Assembly: GCA_012862495.1 (NCBI GenBank)
Contig: BLSG01000152.1
Span: 74,617-126,050 of the forward strand
Source: Thraustochytrium aureum
Taxonomy: Eukaryota
Reading direction: 5' to 3'
DNA: 51,434 bases
The position numbers were made by a program, and so were the translations under genes. Position 1 is the first letter of the stretch, and each line of letters opens with the position of its first letter. Under the pieces are notes generated by a model, which was given only the letters and a program-made list of their open reading frames with translations, ran no database searches and was not told the origin of the DNA. Of this stretch, positions 1 to 10,153 are shown one piece after another.

Positions 1-62
1 GAGCTCGAGGGACAGAGTAGCACTCCCTCTCTAGCTAGAGCTAGCTCGAGAGAAGCGGAATC

Positions 63-1942
63 CTAACTATTGGCGCCCTCGCCGCCGTCGCCGTCGCGGG
101 CCTCGGCTTCCAGCCTTGCAGCCCACTTTCGCGCGCTCTCTGAAGAAGGGCACAGCTCAAGAGACCGCTCAAACGCAGCTCTGGCATCTGCCCTTTCGCC
201 TTGGTAGTAGTGGCAGATGCCGAGGTTGAGATACGTGACATGGTGCGGACCGCACTGCGCCACGCTCGCCTGGAAGAGCGCCAAGGCGAGGCTGAAATCG
301 CGCAATGCCATGCGCACCCGGCCGGCCTCAAAGGCGACGTCCTTGGAGCGCTGAAGGGGATAGTAGGCTGCAAGAATGCGATCTAGCTGGCGCTTGATGT
401 CGCGCTGCGCTAGGTCCGAGCTAAAAGGGGACGCGCTCCTGTCGATAAACCGTTGCTTCAGAGAGAGGAACGTGGCGGGCTCGTGCCGAGCAAGGCGCAC
501 AAGCGCCATGGCCGGGTGGAGCGTGCTCGAGTCTGCGACCTGCTCTGCAAAGCAGGCGTGCATCGCCGAGAGCTGCTCCGGGCCGAACGGGCCAGCCAGC
601 TTGTCGAGCGCAGCGCGGCACCGGCGGTCCTGCGCGCGGTCGTGGTCAAAGTGCGCCGCCATGACTTTGAAGCCGTCGTGGTGCGGGTTGGTCCTAATGA
701 GCGCGCGAGGATGCACCGCGGCCATCACTTTGCGCAACAGGTCAAAGTTGGTCATGAAAGACACGCTGCCGTGCGCCGCGAGCTGCGGCGTCTCCTCCGC
801 CACAAAGTCCTCCTGGTAGTGAAAGCCCTTGTCTCCGGCGAGCAGCAGAGCGTCGCTCGGCGAGGCCGCCCACTCCACCACTGTGCGCGCCAACCGCAGC
901 GCTCCAAGAGGGACAACGAGGCTTATGGGGGCCCTCGGCAGTCTGCAGGTTCGCCGCGTAGGCCCGCAGCACGGAAATCAATGCGGCACGCTCTTCGTCT
1001 GTGCCGTGGGGAAGCATCTCGCGCGCCAGGAGATGGTCTTCCTTCGGCTCGCAGTAGTCAAAGCTCCAGAAGAGGAGGCAAGGCTGCGGCCCGCCAAGGC
1101 GGACGCAGTTTGGCGGCAGGTCGGTGTGCTGCGGCCCAGGTGCGCCGCCGCTCGGCATGGCGCGCGGAGGCTTCGTTTGCTCTGGTGCAGAGGGGCGCAA
1201 TAGGGGAGCTCTGGGCCTGANNNNNNNNNNNNNNNNNNNNNNNNNNNNNNNNNNNNNNNNNNNNNNNNNNNNNNNNNNNNNNNNNNNNNNNNNNNNNNNN
1301 NNNNNNNNNNNNNNNNNNNNNNNNNNNNNNNNNNNNNNNNNNNNNNNNNNNNNNNNNNNNNNNNNNNNNNNNNNNNNNNNNNNNNNNNNNNNNNNNNNNN
1401 NNNNNNNNNNNNNNNNNNNNNNNNNNNNNNNNNNNNNNNNNNNNNNNNNNNNNNNNNNNNNNNNNNNNNNNNNNNNNNNNNNNNNNNNNNNNNNNNNNNN
1501 NNNNNNNNNNNNNNNNNNNNNNNNNNNNNNNNNNNNNNNNNNNNNNNNNNNNNNNNNNNNNNNNNNNNNNNNNNNNNNNNNNNNNNNNNNNNNNNNNNNN
1601 NNNNNNNNNNNNNNNNNNNNNNNNNNNNNNNNNNNNNNNNNNNNNNNNNNNNNNNNNNNNNNNNNNNNNNNNNNNNNNNNNNNNNNNNNNNNNNNNNNNN
1701 NNNNNNNNNNNNNNNNNNNNNNNNNNNNNNNNNNNNNNNNNNNNNNNNNNNNNNNNNNNNNNNNNNNNNNNNNNNNNNNNNNNNNNNNNNNNNNNNNNNN
1801 NNNNNNNNNNNNNNNNNNNNNCGAGTTGGGCGTTCGCCAGACCAGCGGTCGACCCGGGGATTCTGGCCAGCCTCGTCGGCGGCTGCTGGCCGAGCGCAGC
1901 GGCCGCCACGCTGCCCGTGGAGCAGTCGAGCGCGTTGCCCAT
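63..1942 (-). CDS. TPR-containing protein, probable SAM-dependent methyltransferase (MidA/Methyltransf_28-like + C-terminal TPR); middle lost in N-gap, one frameshift, start uncertain
   Basis: C-terminal TPR helices (VAFEAGRVRMALRDFSLALALFQAS..., TYLNLGICHYYQGERADARAAFERSLELCP) are preceded by LLLAGDKG...HGSVSFMTNF, which I recall from bacterial MTase-TPR proteins. The frame switches at the G5 run 927-931; removing one base gives ...EGPISLVVPLGALRLARTVVEW. Gap 1221-1821 hides the region where the SAM-binding motif would lie. Candidate ATG at 1942 (MGNALDC). Confidence 0.55.
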
Positions 1943-2004
1943 CGCCCGCCGCCTGAGCGGCCACCAGCGCCCCTGCGCCTTCCTCGGCGCTCTGGCTCTG
2001 CCTT

Positions 2005-2033
2005 GCCTGCCTGCCTGCCTGCCTGCCTGCCTG
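2005..2033. repeat. (GCCT)n/(CAGG)n tetranucleotide microsatellite
   Basis: gcctgcctgcctgcctgcctgcctgcctg read directly. Confidence 0.95.
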
Positions 2034-2062
2034 CTTGCTGATGCTGCGAGTCCACCTTCGCT

Positions 2063-2309
2063 CGTCAGTGCAGGTCCCCCGTGACGCGAGGGAGTCCGCT
2101 GGCGCGAAACGAAGGCGTCTACGTGACTTGACGCGCGGCGGAACTGAGGCGCGTCATCGCACGGCCTCTGTGACGTGGACGAGTCTGCGGGCGCGAAACG
2201 AAGGGACGAAGACACGTCAGTTGCGCGATTTTTCTCGGCGAGGCGAATCGCGTCAGTGAAGCTCCCTCGTGACGCAAAGAGGTTCGTCACAGAGGGTGTT
2301 CTCGTGACG
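2063..2309. promoter_or_regulatory. Array of four CGTCA-N14/15-TGACG dyads plus two GGCGCGAAA (E2F-consensus) sites in a divergent intergenic region
   Basis: Dyads at 2063-2086, 2152-2175, 2251-2274 (N14) and 2285-2309 (N15). Identical 15-mer ggcgcgaaacgaagg at 2101 and 2190. Regulatory function is inferred. Confidence 0.5.
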
Positions 2310-2618
2310 ACAAGTGCTCCGTCCGCGTGGCTGCGTATGTGAAAATGTCCCGCGCCACTCGAGATGGTGCGCAGGAGACGTAGGTACCGCGTGGCAAGAA
2401 TCAGCTCGGACGGATGCAAGAGCCGCCATCTATCTGCCTGACTAAGGGCGATGGACGGGCCGCTTTCCGTCCTGCCTCGCCGCCCTTCCCTGTGGCACTA
2501 GCGGAAAGTGGCGTGAACTCGAAGACAAGGTCCTCAATCACCTCGCTCCACAGGCAAGCGCACCCGGGCCCCACCGCGACAACCGGCAAGCCACGCCACC
2601 CGGTCAGTCCTCGTCGCC

Positions 2619-2751
2619 GACGCCGGCCACGCCGGTGCATCCAACGCGGCGTTCAAGACGCCGGCCATGCCAGTGCAACCATCGCGCTGCCACGACGCCG
2701 GCCATGCCAGTGCAACCATCGCGCTGCCACGACGCCGGCCATGCCAGTGCA
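2619..2751 (+). repeat. 37-bp tandem repeat (~3.6 copies, first copy degenerate)
   Basis: Unit gacgccggccatgccagtgcaaccatcgcgctgccac starts at 2657, 2694 and 2731 (partial); diverged copy at 2619. Confidence 0.9.
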
Positions 2752-3123
2752 GCGCGCTGGCCCTCGGCTGCGCCTTGCTGATGGGGGCGCACGCAAGAAG
2801 CGAAGCGGCGCATGTGAGCGGAGGCTGCGGTTCACGTCGTGACGGAAGGTCCTTCACACGCGCCACATCCATCGTCAGGTACTTACTCTACCACTCACCC
2901 TACCACTCCCAGCGAGTGGAGTAAGTATAGGCCCAGAGCAGAGTAGAGTACCTGCTCAATCAAACTCACGCGCCTCTCTCTCCGAGCTCGCTCTCGTGGT
3001 GGACTCTGGACCTGCCAAAGGGCGGTCCAGCCGCCAGTGATGTTCCGCCGTGAGTGAGCCAGTGTGCTCACGCAACTCGCGCGCGGCTGCAGAGGTGGAT
3101 GGCTCGCCCACGTGCAGGCTGGT

Positions 3124-3164
3124 GATCGATCGATCGGTCGATCGATCGAGCGATTGATTGATTG
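3124..3164. repeat. Compound (GATC)n/(GATT)n microsatellite
   Basis: gatcgatcgatcggtcgatcgatcgagcgattgattgattg, ~200 nt upstream of the 7-TM gene. Confidence 0.85.
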
Positions 3165-3356
3165 CCGAGCGCAGAGACGCCCAGACGAGCGCAGGACCGG
3201 CAAAGCCACTTCGAGTGCACCCCACAGCGCTCGAGTGCACGCCGCGGGAGCAAGCAGGCCCGCGCGTGCGAGAGCGCAGCTGCCGGCGGCCGGACAGGGC
3301 CGCAGCGACCCCGAGTTGTGCGCACGCCACGGCGGAGCGTCCTCCGGCGAGAAGGG

Positions 3357-4720
3357 ATGGCGGGCAACTGCTCTGAGACGTGCGAGACGCAGTTCGCCTT
3401 GGGCGGCAAGGGGACCTGCGTGGCTTTGGCCAACGCGAGCGGGTTTGTCTGCGAGTGTCCGGAGGGGTTTTCTGGCACGGACGACTGGAAACAGTATGAC
3501 GACTGCCGCGTGAACGAGACGCTTCAGTTTTGGGTCTGGGTGTTCACAGCATCTGCGTGCTTGCTTCTGGTCATCTCAGCCGTCATCGGAATGGGCCACT
3601 TGCTGGTCTACTGGGATTACGTTCGGTCACCCGTGCGGCGCCTCTCGCATTTCTCGAGCAGCGCGAGCCAGAAGCGGCTGCGCAGGAAGACAAAGAGCTC
3701 CAAAGCCTCCAAAGAGAGCTCGACTTCTGCTTCCGGCGCGCTCGAATCCCTCAGCCCTCGCCAGCGCGGCCGCGCCATGATTCAGGCGCAGCGCACGCGG
3801 GTGCGCCAGCGCTACACGATATTTTCGCTGTACCTGTTCGTTTCTTACGCAGCGTCCGCGCTCATGTACTACATGCCGCACTTTTTCGGGCACTTTCGCT
3901 TCGAGGGGCACTTTTACCAGGACCTCGGCATCGCGCTGGCCGCCAGCTCGGTGTTCGTTGCGCTCTGGGCCTTCTTCTACGTGTGGTACATCCAGCTGCC
4001 TTCTCTGCGCCTGTACGCCAAGCTCTTTGACGTCAACACAATCCTCGTGCGGCGCCCAGGCCTCGTGCGCAACTCGATCTACCTCCGCGTCGTCATCATC
4101 AACATCGTCAACTTTTTCCTCATGTTTGCGTCTACCACATATTCGGCTACAACGACAGCATCGAGCTGCGCGACAAGCTGGACACCGCGTTCCTTTACTG
4201 GTGCACTTTCCTGCTCTTCGACTTTGGAGTGTCTGCGCTCATGCTTTCGAGCGTGCTCTACTCGTTGTTCAACCAGCTGCGAAGTCTGAGCAAGGAGGCT
4301 GCCAAACGGGGCATCTCGACGGGGACCGAATTGAAGACCTTCGATCGCGCCATGTCGACGATCATCATCATGCGCAGAGCGGTGATGACTATCGCCCCGG
4401 TTGCGTTTTGCACCTTTTTGGCCTGCGCGACGCTGCCCGCTGTTCGCTCCCGAACGTACCTGGCAATCAACTTTGGCGTTTTTGCGGGCAACGTGGCGGG
4501 CATGATCGTGCTCTTTTTGTACGTGCGGAGGCTCAAGGGCGAGAGGCCTACCAAGAGTGACTCGGCGATGGAGTCGGCGGAGACGGGGCAGGTGGCGCCG
4601 GCGTATGCGAGCAGCGCTGCGGCAGACCCCACTGCCTCTTTTTTTGGCAATAAACACCAGGAGCTTGACGACGAAGAGACGGCGGACGAGAGCCGTGGGG
4701 ATGCCGGCACGTCCCTCTGA
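3357..4720 (+). CDS. Seven-transmembrane protein with N-terminal EGF-like domain (GPCR-like topology); one frameshift near 4110-4130
   Basis: ATG at 3357. Six Cys (C5, C9, C21, C32, C34, C50) including CECPEGFSG. Joining ORF 3162..4289 to the frame of ORF 4229..4720 near 4125 (…VYHIFGYNDSIELRDKLDTAFLYWCTFLLFDFGVSALML) gives seven hydrophobic segments and an acidic C-tail. Confidence 0.75.
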
Positions 4721-4890
4721 GGCGGACTTGTCGAGCGCACCCATCCTTTGTCGGACAACTCTGGCAGCTTTTGCCTCGGCCAAAAAAACTAGGCATGCGC
4801 CAGGCCAGTGTGACCAGTGACCCTATTGACAAGCTTTTTTTTGTTTTGGACTTTGTTTTTCCATTTCGCAACTTGCGCCGGATCTCCACC

Positions 4891-4950
4891 TCATGGCTTG
4901 CGCCGCGCAGCGCTCGTCGCATCTCATGGCTTGCGCCGCGCAACGCTCGT
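4891..4950 (+). repeat. 33-bp-period tandem duplication
   Basis: tcatggcttgcgccgcgca[g/a]cgctcgt at 4891 and 4924. Confidence 0.85.
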
Positions 4951-5373
4951 TGAGGAGGCAGGTTCGGCTGGATGTTGAGTTTCGTTTAGGGGTTTGAATG
5001 CAACGGCGAACGAGGTCATCGCAGCACTACGGCTGTCGAAGAAGAGGCAGGCTCGGTCTTCCACGGCAGCTCCGTGCCCTACGTAGAACAAGAAGCCCGA
5101 GTGCACTTTGACAACAAAACCGGCGCAGCATGCGCTCGCTCGATCGCGTCGCGCTTGCCACGCCGCGACTTGGGCTACTGCCGCCGCATATTCACCAGGG
5201 CACGTCAGGTCGGGGCAGCAGCTGCTCTCGAAGGCCCAAACCGGTTGTGGCGCGGCAGGGGCCCGGTCGCATCGAACGCCTGCGCGCTACACACCCGTGC
5301 AGCGCGCAGCCCGCGGCAAGGCGGGCGCGCCTCAAATCGTCTGCGAGCCTGCGAGCGGGAGTCGATCACGTAG

Positions 5374-5643
5374 CTACTTGCTCTCTGGCACGGCCATCAG
5401 GAGCGTTATGTTGTCGCCCTTGAGCATGATCCTTCCCAGTGGCTTGCGCGTCTTGGCCTTGAGGTCGACTTCGTCAGCGTCGTCCAGCACGACGTTCATA
5501 AACTCGTCAAACCCAATGATTCGCCCTTCAAGCCGCACCGTCGCCTGCTCGAACAACCACACCTGCACCCTAGCCTTGTTCTGGAAAAACCTAAATATCA
5601 GGTTGACCGGCTGGGTCATCACTTTCTTCGCCCGGTGCGACAT
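5374..5643 (-). CDS. SNRPE: Small nuclear ribonucleoprotein E (Sm-E), 89 aa
   Basis: [27 protein letters not shown]...[18 protein letters not shown]...[14 protein letters not shown] gives the Sm1 and Sm2 motifs of SmE. ATG 5643, TAG 5374-5376, intronless. Confidence 0.97.
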   Translation of the reverse strand: MSHRAKKVMTQPVNLIFRFFQNKARVQVWLFEQATVRLEGRIIGFDEFMNVVLDDADEVDLKAKTRKPLGRIMLKGDNITLLMAVPESK

Positions 5644-6015
5644 CTTGGCAGCCGAGCCCGCGCGCCGCGCCCAACCACGCACGCCCAAGCACCCGGACGC
5701 CGCCCCAAACCCGCAGCTCAGTCGACGAACCCGACGAACGACAGCAGAGCGCCGATCGGCCGGCCCTCCTCCCTCTCGACAACCTCACGCGGCGCTCTGA
5801 TGGTCGCTCGCGCCCGCGCTCCCTGGAGCAGCAGCGCCTGCCTCGACCGCGTCGTACCAAAGTACTCTGCCGCCAGCTCCTGCTCCTTGTCCTCCAACTC
5901 CTGCGCTACCAAACCCTAACCAGCTCAACCTAAGCTACCTAACTCAACCTGAGGAGCTCCGCGAGTTCCGGTCGGCCCAGCCCCAATGCGGTCGGCGCGT
6001 CTCGTGCCTGCGGGC

Positions 6016-6307
6016 GCGGGCCACAGCCCGGCGTGGCAGAGGCCTTGCCCACCATCTTCGCGTCGCGACCCCCGCGCTGAGCGAGTCCAAGCTGCTCGAG
6101 TTGGCCCTGCCTGCCTGCCTGCCTGCTGGCACGCTTTGCGTCAACGCGGCGTCCTTTCCTTCGGGCGGGCCACAGCCCGGCGTTGCAGAGGCCTTGGCCA
6201 CCATCTTCGCGTCGCGATTCCCGCGCTGAGCGAGTCCAAGCTGCTCGAGTTGGCCCTGCCTGCCTGCCTGCTGGCACGGCAGCGTCAACGCGGCGTCCTT
6301 TCCTTCG
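6016..6307 (+). repeat. Two-copy ~145-149 bp tandem duplication, each copy containing a (CCTG)n tract
   Basis: gcgggccacagcccggcgt...ctgagcgagtccaagctgctcgagttggccctgcctgcctg...gcgtcaacgcggcgtcctttccttcg at 6016 and 6165. Confidence 0.9.
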
Positions 6308-6928
6308 CAGGCGGCAGGAAGCGCTCGCGGCTCGGCCCGATGCCGCGCGACTCTCTCTCCATCCGTGCATGCACGCGCGCGGTGAGCGCGCCCGCGCCAG
6401 TGCGCGAGAGCAGAGCGAGCTGGAGAGGGCGGNNNNNNNNNNNNNNNNNNNNNNNNNNNNNNNNNNNNNNNNNNNNNNNNNNNNNNNNNNNNNNNNNNNN
6501 NNNNNNNNNNNNNNNNNNNNNNNNNNNNNNNNNNNNNNNNNNNNNNNNNNNNNNNNNNNNNNNNNNNNNNNNNNNNNNNNNNNNNNNNNNNNNNNNNNNN
6601 NNNNNNNNNNNNNNNNNNNNNNNNNNNNNNNNNNNNNNNNNNNNNNNNNNNNNNNNNNGGGCGCGACGGCCGGCGGGAGGAACAACCGAGCGCCTGTGGA
6701 CACGGCGCCGTTGAGGCCGTGGCTCGAGGCCGAGGACGAGCAGAAGGGCTTTCTTTCGCGTGGCCGACTTGCGCGGGCGGTTGCGGACTTGGTCGCTTGC
6801 GACGGGCGGCCCGCGGGTTGGCTCTGCTCTGCCGCGGTCGTGCTGGCCAGGGCTGCTGCGCGGCTGTCGGTGGTGGTCGCGGCTTGGCTTGGAGGACCTC
6901 GTGGAGCGAGTTGGCAGTGGTGGCACCT

Positions 6929-7750
6929 ATGCACTTCAGGGAGCTGCGCGCGGAGCTGAGCCGGCTCGGGCTGTCGACGAAAGGGACCAAGGTCGAGCTG
7001 AGCGAGAGGCTGGACCTGTTCTTGAATGGCGATGGCTCGGTGGCGAGTAAGCGGGAGAGGCAGAGCGCGCTTGGGGCGGCTGGACAGAGCAAACGAGCGC
7101 GGACGCAAAGCAAGGCCACGGTGAAGGCCGTCGAGGCGACGTTTGCGGCGTACAAGGACGCGCCCGTTGACGATGCGCAGGGTGGCGATCAAATCGGGTT
7201 TGAGGGGATGGAGCGGCTCTGCAAGGACCTGGGCGTTGCCCCCGAGGACCCCGTTATGGTGGCCCTCTCGTTCGTGATGAAGGCGGAGAACCTTGGCGTC
7301 TTCACACGCGACGAGTTCTTGCAGGGGATGCAACTGCTCGGAGTGGTATCCGTCGCAGACCTGCGCGATCACAAAGTCGCTGCACTGCGCGAAATGCTCA
7401 ACCCGGCGTCGCCCGAGTTCTTGGAATTGTACAAATTTGCCTATGGTTGGGCTTGCGAACCGAACCAAAAGAGCATCTCGAAGGAGGTGGCAGTCAGTTT
7501 GTGGCCCCTGCTCTTGCGGCCCCTAAACCCGGCGCATTTCGACGACTTTTGCAGCTTTGTTACCAAGTCGGACGCGCGAGGCGTGACGCGCGACCTGTGG
7601 ACCCAGACGTACTACTTTTTCAAGCAATTCAAGTCCTTCGCGGAGCACGATTCGGACTCTGGTGCTTGGCCAGTGCTTCTTGACGAGTGGGTCGACAGCG
7701 TCAAAGAGCGCGAGCGCCGCGGCGAGTCGATGGACGTCTCTGACAAGTGA
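6929..7750 (+). CDS. DCN1: DCN1-like (DCUN1D family) cullin neddylation co-E3 with N-terminal SAP domain
   Basis: PONY/cullin-binding domain motifs: IGFEGMERLCKDLGVAPED, FTRDEFLQGM, LYKFAYGWACEPNQKSI, TRDLW, GAWPVLLDEWV. The N-terminus MHFRELRAELSRLGLSTKGTKVELSERL fits the SAP consensus. The true start may lie further upstream. Confidence 0.9.
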   Translation: MHFRELRAELSRLGLSTKGTKVELSERLDLFLNGDGSVASKRERQSALGAAGQSKRARTQSKATVKAVEATFAAYKDAPVDDAQGGDQIGFEGMERLCKDLGVAPEDPVMVALSFVMKAENLGVFTRDEFLQGMQLLGVVSVADLRDHKVAALREMLNPASPEFLELYKFAYGWACEPNQKSISKEVAVSLWPLLLRPLNPAHFDDFCSFVTKSDARGVTRDLWTQTYYFFKQFKSFAEHDSDSGAWPVLLDEWVDSVKERERRGESMDVSDK

Positions 7751-8285
7751 GAGGACACAAAGAAAACCATGCATTTGCATTCCGCTCACACCAGCTTGCT
7801 GCTCACGCTTGCGCCTCTGTGGCTGCGGCTGCGTCCCATACAAGAAAAGGAATTCTCGAGAACGCTCGAAAACCCGGGCCAAGGTATGCTTGGAAAGGTC
7901 GAAGGAGGCCGTGGCCTGCATCTCAATAGCGACTCGCTCGCCAAACAGTAGCTGCACTGCGAAATCGTACCCTGTAGCGCTTGGTTCGCCCCCTCCTCGC
8001 CCCCCCCCCCACCACACACACAACCTACCCTTCGCANNGTCGCTCCGNNNNNNNNNNNNNNNNNNNNNNNNNNNNNNNNNNNNNNNNNNNNNNNNNNNNN
8101 NNNNNNNNNNNNNNNNNNNNNNNNNNNNNNNNNNNNNNNNNNNNNNNNNNNNNNNNNNNNNNNNNNNNNNNNNNNNNNNNNNNNNNNNNNNNNNNNNNNN
8201 NNNNNNNNNNNNNNNNNNNNNNNNNNNNNNNNNNNNNNNNNNNNNNNNNNNNNNNNNNNNNNNNNNNNNNNNNNNNNNNNNNNNN

Positions 8286-10153
8286 CTCCTCTTCCATCGC
8301 CTGCACTTCGGAAGAACCACTGTCCGGCACTGGCCCGCCGTGGGCGCCGCGTTTGCATCCGGCGAGACCAGCTTGCCCACGAGTCGCTTCGTCGCGTTTT
8401 CGAACGAGCCGTCCGTGACCGTTCGCGAAATGTCAAGCCGGGCACTAGACAAGAGGCGAAACCCCCGCCAGCAGTACGCGGTGTCGTGTTTCGGGTGGTA
8501 GTCCTCTTCGATACAGTTGTCCGGGTCAATGGCGATCTCCATCTCCCGCACGTGCTCCGAAAAAGGGGGCGTCGGGTTGCTGGCGCCACCAGCGAGGTCT
8601 TCCTTCCACGAGCCAAGCTTGCATCGCCACAAGCCCCGATTTTTGCGGACGCGCTCGTTCACGCGCGCAAGCTGCGCAGCCCGCGCGCGTTCGCGAGCGC
8701 GCGTGTGCTTGTCTGCGTCCTCTTCTTCCTCGCCCTCACCGTCCGAGCCGCCACCTGAAGCTGGGTCGCTACTGCGCTCAAAGTTCGGGCACTTGGCCAG
8801 CTTCCACCTCACCCAGTGCTCTTCGCGCGCAAGTGTGCCACTCAAATCTCTCGCAAAAGACTCCCCATCTGGCGGCGTGGCCTTGAGCAGCGTCACTGCG
8901 CGATTACGCAACGCCTCCACGGCGCCGGGAATCGAGGACCGCAGGCTCGGCGCGATCGCAAACATCGCGCTTTCAGGTCCCTCCAGCGTGCGAAACAGGA
9001 AGAGAAACTGCGCCAGCACGTTCAGGCGCAGCGTTGGATCTGACAGCTGCAGCTTCAGTAGGCGCCCGCTGCTCAAATACTTTGTCGGGAAAAACGCGGC
9101 GGCCTTGCGCAAGCCCACACCAGGCTCATGCCCGGCTTCGTCAAGCTGCATATCCGATTCGAGCGCGGAGGCCTTGCGCTTTCGTGCCCGCCGCTCCATG
9201 GCGGCTCGGTCCAGGTCGGCGCGCGAGAACGGTTTGGACTCGAACGCCGAGAGAACAACATTCGCCACCTGAACAAATTGGTTCCACCGCGCCGCGCTGG
9301 ACACACACCCGTTCGGGGCGCGGTCTGCCTTGTTCTGGAAAAATCGCTGGAGCTCCCAGAATCGCGAGTAGAGAGCAAAGTTGATACCCTCGCCAGACTC
9401 CTGCTCGGCAGGCCCCGGCCCGCTGGCCTCGTCAGGGTGATTTTGCGCTGCCCTCTCCTCAGCTTCGCCCGTCGACTCGGCGAACGAAGCCTCGTCCTCG
9501 ACCAGAGTTACATTCGCGTCGTTGTGAGCGCCAAGAAGGTTGACGCCCGACCGGTCGGAAAGCGGGAAGGCATACGCGAGGAACATCATGATGCGGCCGC
9601 ATAGCACAGTGTCGTGCAGTGGACTCAACCGCCGCACCATGTAGCTTGCGATGCGTAGCATGGCCATCTTGGCTCGCGTGACCTTCGTCGGGGGGAGCAG
9701 CTCGCTGCTCGTCAGCGCCTCGCGCGTCTCAAGGATCGCCCAGGCCTCCCCGAACCGCCGAACGGTCTGCGTGAGCACCAGGTCCTCCACCAGCAAGTAT
9801 GGAAGCTCGCTTGACGCCACCGGCGGCCCTCCCTGCAGGCCGAGCGCCAGCGAGATAGCGACATCGACGAGCACCTGCGCCGCTTCGACCGCGTCCCCGC
9901 CCCGTTTGCCGCACTCGACCAGCGCCTTGCGAAGCCCGACCCCAACCAGGGCGGCGGCTTCCTGTGCAGCCTCCTCCGCGCTGCTCTCGCCGCCCTCGCC
10001 GCCGCTCAGTGCGGCAACCACCTCCTTTGCGACATTGGCGACCGCGCTCGCGCACTCCCCGGCTGCCTTCGCTCGCTCGCCCTCGCCGTGTCCGCTCGCC
10101 TGGCTCGTGGCCTGCGTCGCGAGCTCAGCTACCGTCGCTGCCCAGCCCTCCAT
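8286..10153 (-). CDS. THOC1: THO complex subunit 1 (THOC1/Hpr1); 3' end runs into N-gap
   Basis: LCGRIMMFLAYAFPLSDRSGVNL, YSRFWELQRFF, TKYLSSGRLLKLQLSD, REEHWVRWKLAKCPNFER, DPDNCIEEDY...YCWRGFRLLS. ATG 10153; probable extra frameshift near 8335. Confidence 0.92.

Noticed and set aside
2619..2751. 37-bp repeats as a possible CRISPR array
   Set aside because: Units are directly adjacent with no unique spacers, there are no cas genes, and the context is eukaryotic.
5908..5952. Telomere-like aaaccctaa / cctaa stretch
   Set aside because: Only one proper unit with irregular neighbours; insufficient for an interstitial telomeric repeat.
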